NCBI GenBank assembly: GCA_021163845.1
Contig: JAGGTH010000078.1
Coordinates: 2,607 to 66,606, forward strand
Reading direction: 5' to 3'
DNA from: Helicobacteraceae bacterium
GTDB lineage: Bacteria; Campylobacterota; Campylobacteria; Campylobacterales; Sulfurimonadaceae
Length of the DNA stretch: 64,000 nt
Part shown: piece after piece, positions 56,431 to 64,000 of the stretch
Numbering within the stretch: position 1 is the first letter of the stretch
How the letters are laid out: each line of letters begins with the position of its first letter
Program-made: the position numbers and the translations under genes
The notes under the pieces: generated by a model
Database searches by the model: none
Seen by the model: only the letters and a program-made list of their open reading frames with translations
Told to the model about the DNA's origin: nothing

Positions 56431-56795
56431 TAAACTGACTCTCTCCACGCTTCTAGAAGTGATTTGAACACATTACTCACCTCATCGAGTTTTTCAGGTG
56501 TGTCATAGATATTTGCATTCACGAGTGATTTGATCTGGTGATTATAAAGTCCATCGAGATAAAGTCCAACCTCTCCACCTCTTTCTACATCCAAAATAGT
56601 AATAAGTTCTGTAATAATTGCAACGGAACGATTGATCCAGTATGTTTTTTTCTCAATATCTTCATCTTTCATTGCTTTTTTTGCCTGTGCATTAAAGCGT
56701 AAAACACCTTCGTAAAGCATCTCGATAAGTTTTTCTTGTGATTCTATTCCTACATTATTTTGTGCATAAATATTATGTGCTGCATTTCCATACAT
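56430..56795 (-). CDS. fliS: Flagellin chaperone FliS
   Basis: AHNIYAQN, KLIEMLYEG, LDGLY, LLEAW. Start set at MYGN. Confidence 0.93.
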   Translation of the reverse strand: MYGNAAHNIYAQNNVGIESQEKLIEMLYEGVLRFNAQAKKAMKDEDIEKKTYWINRSVAIITELITILDVERGGEVGLYLDGLYNHQIKSLVNANIYDTPEKLDEVSNVFKSLLEAWRESV

Positions 56796-56838
56796 GTTGG
56801 TCCTTTTTTTGCTTTTATTCTTTTCGTTCGTTCTAGAC

Positions 56839-56901
56839 ATATCGACAATGTGATATTTTTCTTAAGAGTGAAACTACATAATTATAAAATTTTGACGATA
56901 T
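56839..56901. promoter_or_regulatory. Back-to-back sigma28-like promoters for fliS and fliD
   Basis: GTCGATAT on the minus strand (56846-56839) with TAAG upstream; GACGATAT on the plus strand (56894-56901) with TACA 15 nt upstream. Confidence 0.5.
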
Positions 56902-56940
56902 ATGCACTAAGATTTCAAAAAGATATATAAAGGATACATC

Positions 56941-58356
56941 ATGGCTGGAAATATTAGCTCACTCGGTATTGGTTCAGGCGTACTGACTGCGGATGTTATC
57001 GATCAATTACGGGCAGCAGATGAAAGTGCGATCATTAAGCCTATCGACAGAAATATAGAACTTAACACAAAAAAACAAGAAGCATTTTCTCTACTAAGCT
57101 CTCTTATGACCACTTTTAAGTCAAGTACTTCTGCTCTGAGTGATGATACGATCTTTGATAATAAAGAGGTAAATGTAAGTGGTGATGCAGAGGTCTCTGT
57201 CTTACCAGGAGTGAATATCGATTCTTTTTCACTTGAAACCGTATCACTTGCGACAAAAGATGTCACAAAATTTGGCTCTTTTGCAGATAGAGATAAAACC
57301 TCTGTAGCTCTTGGTACAGGGACTCTTACAATCAATGATATCGAGATAGAGTACAACTCCTCAATGAAACTTGAAGATCTTGCGCAAGCGATTACAGATG
57401 CAGGAGGTGACTCTTTTTCGGCATCTATTTTACAGACAGGAGAAAATGCTTTTGATCTTATAGTCTCTTCAAAAGAAACGGGTGCTGCCAATGCTCTAAC
57501 GATCACAGATACAAGTGCTCTTTTAAAACCAGAGTTACTTGAGCCTGCTGATCCGATCACAAATCCTTCAGGTTTTGAAAAAGTACAAACTGCAAGTGAT
57601 GCGGAGTTTAAATATGACGGCATCAAGATTACAAGACCAAGCAATACGATTAGCGACCTCATCGTAGGTGTAGATATAACCCTTAAAAAAGAGGGAGATA
57701 TATCCAATGTGAATGTAAACCTCAAAAAAGACACAATCGTTGATGAAGTGCAAATGTTTGTCGATGGATACAATGAACTTCTCTCCAAACTCAATGACCT
57801 CTCTTTAGCGGATGTAGAAACAGGTGAAGAGGGTATTTTCAGTAATGAGAGCTTTATTAAATCTATCTCAAGAGAGATGAGTTCTATGCTCTCTTCGATG
57901 ACTGTTGGTGGAAAATCCCTCACAGGCTTAGGGCATGAGACTACTAATGTTGCAGGAGACCCTGTAACACATTATGTCTTTGATCTCAGTCGCGATGGAA
58001 GACTCAGCTTTAATAGCTCGAACCTAGAGAGTATGCTCGATGATGATCCAGAATCGCTACGTGGATTTTTTTCAGGGACTACCGATGCTGATGGCGTTCA
58101 CACTCCTGGTCTTTTTGATATGATGGATGAAAAACTTCTAGGCTACACAGGTTCAGGCAAAATGTTCAGTAACTTTGAGACCTCTTTGGAAACAGCGGCA
58201 AAAAATCTATCGCAAAGTCGTATAGATTCAATAAAATCTTTAGATATGCGTTATGCGACGATGTCGAGTAGATTTGCTGCGTATGACTCTATGATCAGTC
58301 AGATCAATGCACAATTTGCATCCTTACAAATGATGATCAATGACCAAAGCAAATAG
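56941..58356 (+). CDS. fliD: Flagellar filament cap protein
   Basis: SSLGIGSG, TASDA.F.YDG..I.R.SNT, FVDGYN, C-terminal RFAAYD. Confidence 0.95.
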   Translation: MAGNISSLGIGSGVLTADVIDQLRAADESAIIKPIDRNIELNTKKQEAFSLLSSLMTTFKSSTSALSDDTIFDNKEVNVSGDAEVSVLPGVNIDSFSLETVSLATKDVTKFGSFADRDKTSVALGTGTLTINDIEIEYNSSMKLEDLAQAITDAGGDSFSASILQTGENAFDLIVSSKETGAANALTITDTSALLKPELLEPADPITNPSGFEKVQTASDAEFKYDGIKITRPSNTISDLIVGVDITLKKEGDISNVNVNLKKDTIVDEVQMFVDGYNELLSKLNDLSLADVETGEEGIFSNESFIKSISREMSSMLSSMTVGGKSLTGLGHETTNVAGDPVTHYVFDLSRDGRLSFNSSNLESMLDDDPESLRGFFSGTTDADGVHTPGLFDMMDEKLLGYTGSGKMFSNFETSLETAAKNLSQSRIDSIKSLDMRYATMSSRFAAYDSMISQINAQFASLQMMINDQSK

Positions 58357-58367
58357 GGTCTTATTAA

Positions 58368-60495
<2,128 letters not shown>

Positions 60496-60499
<4 letters not shown>

Positions 60500-61323
60500 G
60501 CTCGAACACTCACTGCAATAAAATTTGGATTACTTAGGTCCTCTTTGTTGTATTGCAAGGGAGTGAGCCCTTTTGTTTTTTCACCAAAATACTCACAAGG
60601 GCTCAAGCTCTCATCGTGTACAAATATCTCTCCTCCACTCTCTTGCAAGATCAGATGTGCAGCCGCTGTATCCCACTCCATCGTTAGAGCGAATTTTGGG
60701 TAGATATCGCCCTCACCCTCTGCCATCATACAAAACTTAAGCGAACTTCCAACTGCTTGGTTTGAGACATCTTCTCTACATCCCAAGAGTGCATCGATGA
60801 ACTCTTGCGTTATTGCTGTATGACGCGAGCGAGAGATAAGAGCTATACACTCTTTGTTTTGCTCTTTTTTAGATGAAAGTTTTTGTGGCTGTTTTTGTTC
60901 TTTGTTTTGTTTATACGCACCCACGCCTTTGATCGCATAATAAAGATCTCCAAAAACGGGAGCATAAACAAGCGAAAAGATCGGAGCGCTCTTTTGCATG
61001 AGGGCAACATTGATCGTAAACTCCCCATTTTTATCGACAAACTCTTTGGTCCCATCAATAGGATCGATACACCAATAATACTCCCACTCTTTTCTTTGGA
61101 TATAAGGAATCTGTGCACTCTCTTCAGAGATGATTGGGATGTGGGGATAGAGCTCTTGGAGTTTTGTGCACAAAAAATCATTTGCCGCGAGGTCTGCTTG
61201 GGTGAGTGGGGAGTGATCCTCTTTGTACTCCACACTAAAATCCTCAGCGTAGATCTCCATCACCAAAGAACCCGCCTCAAAGAGTATCTCTTTGAGTCTC
61301 TGTATCTCTAAATCTTTGAGCAT
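60496..61323 (-). CDS. cysQ: 3'(2'),5'-bisphosphate nucleotidase
   Basis: SPLTQAD, ISEE, IDPIDGTKEF, GSSLKFC, EWDTAAA. Start set at MLKD. Confidence 0.92.
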
Positions 61324-61363
61324 TTTTGAACCTTTCGTCGATAACTCTGTTATAATTATTTTT

Positions 61364-62059
61364 ATGAAAATAAAATCTATCGCTATTATACCAGCACGTG
61401 GCGGGAGCAAACGTATTCCGCGCAAAAACATCAAAGATTTTCACGGCAAACCGCTTATCGCATACTCGATCGAAACGGCGATAAAAAGCAAGCTCTTTGA
61501 GAGAGTGATTGTGAGTACAGATGATGAGGAGATCGCCCAAGTCGCAAAGAGATATGGAGCAGAAGTGCCCTTTATGCGCCCCCAAGAGCTGAGTGATGAT
61601 TTTACAGGTACAGGTGCTGTCATCTCTCACGCTCTTTCATGGCTCAAAGAAAATGGATTGGAGATCGAATATGCCTGCACCATCTACGCTACCGCTCCTT
61701 TTTTACAAGAGAAGTATCTCAAAGAAGCACTTATGAAACTGCAAAACAGCGATGCAAAATATAGCTTTAGCGCGACAAGTATGCCTTTTCCTATTCAACG
61801 TACTTTTTTTCTTACATCCCAAGGTCGCTGTGAGATGTTTTGGCCCGAGTACTTTGCTAAACGCAGCCAAGATCTTGAGGATGCGTACCAAGATGCAGGG
61901 CAATTCTACTGGAATAAGCTTTCTAAAAAATCTGATTCCATCATCTTTGGCAAAGACTCTATCCCTATCATTTTACCACGCCACCTTGTTCAGGATATAG
62001 ATGATGAGGAGGATTGGAAGCGCGCTGAGATCCTCTATAAGGTAGTTCAAGAACTATGA
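61364..62059 (+). CDS. pseF: Pseudaminic acid cytidylyltransferase
   Basis: IIPARGGSKRIPRKN, STDD, YQDAGQFYW, VQDID. Start set at MKIK. Confidence 0.9.
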   Translation: MKIKSIAIIPARGGSKRIPRKNIKDFHGKPLIAYSIETAIKSKLFERVIVSTDDEEIAQVAKRYGAEVPFMRPQELSDDFTGTGAVISHALSWLKENGLEIEYACTIYATAPFLQEKYLKEALMKLQNSDAKYSFSATSMPFPIQRTFFLTSQGRCEMFWPEYFAKRSQDLEDAYQDAGQFYWNKLSKKSDSIIFGKDSIPIILPRHLVQDIDDEEDWKRAEILYKVVQEL

Positions 62060-62928
62060 ATATTTTAATACGAGCAGATGCTTCATTTCACATAGGAACT
62101 GGGCATATTATGCGTGATCTTGTTTTGGCACAGGAGTTTGCACAAGAGAGTGTTGTCTTTGCGACTCAAAAACTTCGAGGAGACTGCAACCACCTCATAG
62201 AAGAAGCTGGATATGCTATTGAACATCTTTCTTCAAATACCTTTGGCGAGCTCGATACGCTTGTAAAAAAGCTAGATATTGATCTGCTTATCCTCGATCA
62301 TTATGCCCTTAATTACGCCTACGAAAAACAGCTCAAAGCTGCCAATCCAAAGCTCAAACTCATGGTACTCGATGATACGTATGAGCGACACTATTGCGAT
62401 ATTTTGCTTAACCACAATATCTATGCAGACCCAAAACGTTACAAGAGGCTTGTCCCAAAAGGGTGTGAGCTACGATGTGGAGCTAAATATACTCTCTTGC
62501 GTGAAGAGTTTTTAGAACCTAAAAAGATACGTGTTCTGCTTGCAATGGGTGGAGCAGACACACTCTCTCTTACATCCAAAGTACTCAAGATCCTTTTAGA
62601 ATATCCTCATATCAGAGTAGATGTGATAACAACGCGCGCCAATACAAACTTAGAAAAACTTCAAAGTTGTGCAAAAAAGCAAAAAGCTATAAAACTGCAT
62701 ATTGAAACAAAGCAACTTGCTTCCTTGGCGCGAAAAAGCCACTTTGCGATCATTACACCAAGTGTGTTGGCAAATGAGCTTTATAGCATTCATGTCCCTT
62801 TTATCTCGATACAAACAGCCACAAACCAAAAAGAGATGGTGCGTTTTTTGAAAAAAAAGCATTGCAAGGTTTTAAAGCGCTTTAATAGCAAAAAGTTGCA
62901 AAATTTTATCGAAGAGTATTTGCGATGA
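62056..62928 (+). CDS. pseG: UDP-2,4-diacetamido-2,4,6-trideoxy-beta-L-altropyranose hydrolase
   Basis: RAD....IGTGHIMR, LDHY, MVLDD, G.KY.LLREEF, MGGAD. Confidence 0.88.
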   Translation: MNILIRADASFHIGTGHIMRDLVLAQEFAQESVVFATQKLRGDCNHLIEEAGYAIEHLSSNTFGELDTLVKKLDIDLLILDHYALNYAYEKQLKAANPKLKLMVLDDTYERHYCDILLNHNIYADPKRYKRLVPKGCELRCGAKYTLLREEFLEPKKIRVLLAMGGADTLSLTSKVLKILLEYPHIRVDVITTRANTNLEKLQSCAKKQKAIKLHIETKQLASLARKSHFAIITPSVLANELYSIHVPFISIQTATNQKEMVRFLKKKHCKVLKRFNSKKLQNFIEEYLR

Positions 62929-63863
62929 GAGAGGCGATTTTAATCACAAGCATTGGGGCAAAGAGTGCCTTACTCGAGCGTGTTGCAGAGGCACGCGATG
63001 TTTTTGACACTACGCTTCGCATCTTAGGTGCCGATACAGATCTTAGCGCTCTTGGTCGCTATATTGTCGATGAGTTTTGGCATATGCCCCCCTTAAATAT
63101 GCTCTCTTTTGAAGCACTTCTGGCGTATTGTCACAAACATAAGGTGCGCTATATCATCCCTACGCGTGATGGGGAACTGCTTTTTTTTGCCCAACATAAA
63201 AAGCTCTTGGCAGAGCATGATATCTTTGTCTTTGTGTGTGAGAGCGAAGCTATAACACTCTGTTATGACAAGCTCAAGTTTTATCAAGAGGGTGGCAAAG
63301 AGTGGTGTATCCCTACATCCCAAGACCCTCACGCTTTAGACACAAAACGTTATGTTATCAAAGAGCGTTTTGGAGGGGGTGCGGACAATATTGCTTTAGA
63401 TGTAGCCAAAGAGGAGCTTGAAGGCTATGCGAAAAACTTGAATGAAGCGATCTATCAGCCCTACATCCAAGGCAAAGAATATAGTATCGATAGCTATGTT
63501 GATATGCAAGGAAAGTGTCGCGCCTCACTCGTGCGTTCACGTGATAAAGTGATCGATGGAGAATCCAAGATCACTACCGTAGCTACAAAACAAGATCTTG
63601 CCAAAAGAATAGCCAACTTTGTCGAGAAGTTTTCTATTTTGGGGCATTCTGTCACACAGGTGTTAGAGGATCAAGAAGGAAAATACCACCTTATCGAGTG
63701 TAATACCCGTTTTGGCGGGGCATCAACTCTGAGTTATGAACTAGGACTTAAGAGCTTTTTATGGTTCTTCCAAGAGTGTCATAGCAAAGCTCTGGATGTA
63801 AATATCTCTAGCAAAAAACTCACCCAGGTGCGTGTGCAAAAGGATCTCTACTTTGAGAGTTAA
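62925..63863 (+). CDS. ATP-grasp protein (carbamoyl-phosphate-synthase-like fold)
   Basis: IIPTRDGEL, CYDK, VIKERFG, YQPYIQGKEYSID, IECNTRFGG. Confidence 0.85.
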   Translation: MREAILITSIGAKSALLERVAEARDVFDTTLRILGADTDLSALGRYIVDEFWHMPPLNMLSFEALLAYCHKHKVRYIIPTRDGELLFFAQHKKLLAEHDIFVFVCESEAITLCYDKLKFYQEGGKEWCIPTSQDPHALDTKRYVIKERFGGGADNIALDVAKEELEGYAKNLNEAIYQPYIQGKEYSIDSYVDMQGKCRASLVRSRDKVIDGESKITTVATKQDLAKRIANFVEKFSILGHSVTQVLEDQEGKYHLIECNTRFGGASTLSYELGLKSFLWFFQECHSKALDVNISSKKLTQVRVQKDLYFES

Positions 63864-64000
63864 GGTGATCGTTTTTGATCTTGATGATACGCTCTACCCT
63901 GAGATCGAATTTGTGCAAAGTGGTTTTGCTGCGGTGTCAGAGTACTTTTTTAGCTTATATCCCAAACATTCTAAAGAGTCTCTTTATACCATGATGCTTC
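63853..64000 (+). CDS. HAD-family hydrolase (partial, runs off the window)
   Basis: My translation from TTG 63853 gives MRVKVIVFDLDDTLYPEIEFVQSGF, open to the window end. Confidence 0.8.
   Translation, partial: MRVKVIVFDLDDTLYPEIEFVQSGFAAVSEYFFSLYPKHSKESLYTMML

Overview
Chromosomal window from a flagellated Campylobacterota, judged Sulfurimonas-like from gene content and codon style. Layout: (1) 0-9.8 kb housekeeping genes (nnr, purN, a PlcP-like phosphoesterase, patatin, kdsD, RluB-like, yjbQ, rarA, rpmI-rplT). (2) An accessory lipoprotein and the SRP RNA gene, which the ORF track does not show. (3) A 12-34 kb block that looks like a phosphate-starvation module: a beta-helix lipoprotein with a 941-bp internal duplication, a TtpB/TtpC/ExbB/ExbD/TonB/TPR set, a TonB-dependent receptor, a PhoB-like regulator, a subtilase with a separately encoded prodomain-like partner, and a type II secretion operon. 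Pho-box-like repeats in the same geometry precede five promoters. (4) A ~9.5-kb insert between gspF and gspH-gspG encoding a 2519-aa lipase-like/cadherin/double LVIVD-propeller protein, a partner lipoprotein and a pseudogene. (5) A peptidoglycan-recycling cluster (NagZ-amidase fusion, SSS transporter, anmK, amgK, murU, MltB-like) converging on sugar-uptake genes. (6) fliS, fliD and pseudaminic acid genes. Two non-coding signals stand out: a BIME/REP-like mosaic repeat family (7 loci), and a 10-mer from its core (ACATCCCAAG) found 14 times, mostly inside genes and in several reading frames, much like a DNA uptake sequence. No tRNA, rRNA, CRISPR array, transposase or integrase was recognised. 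All counts were made by eye and no database searches were run.
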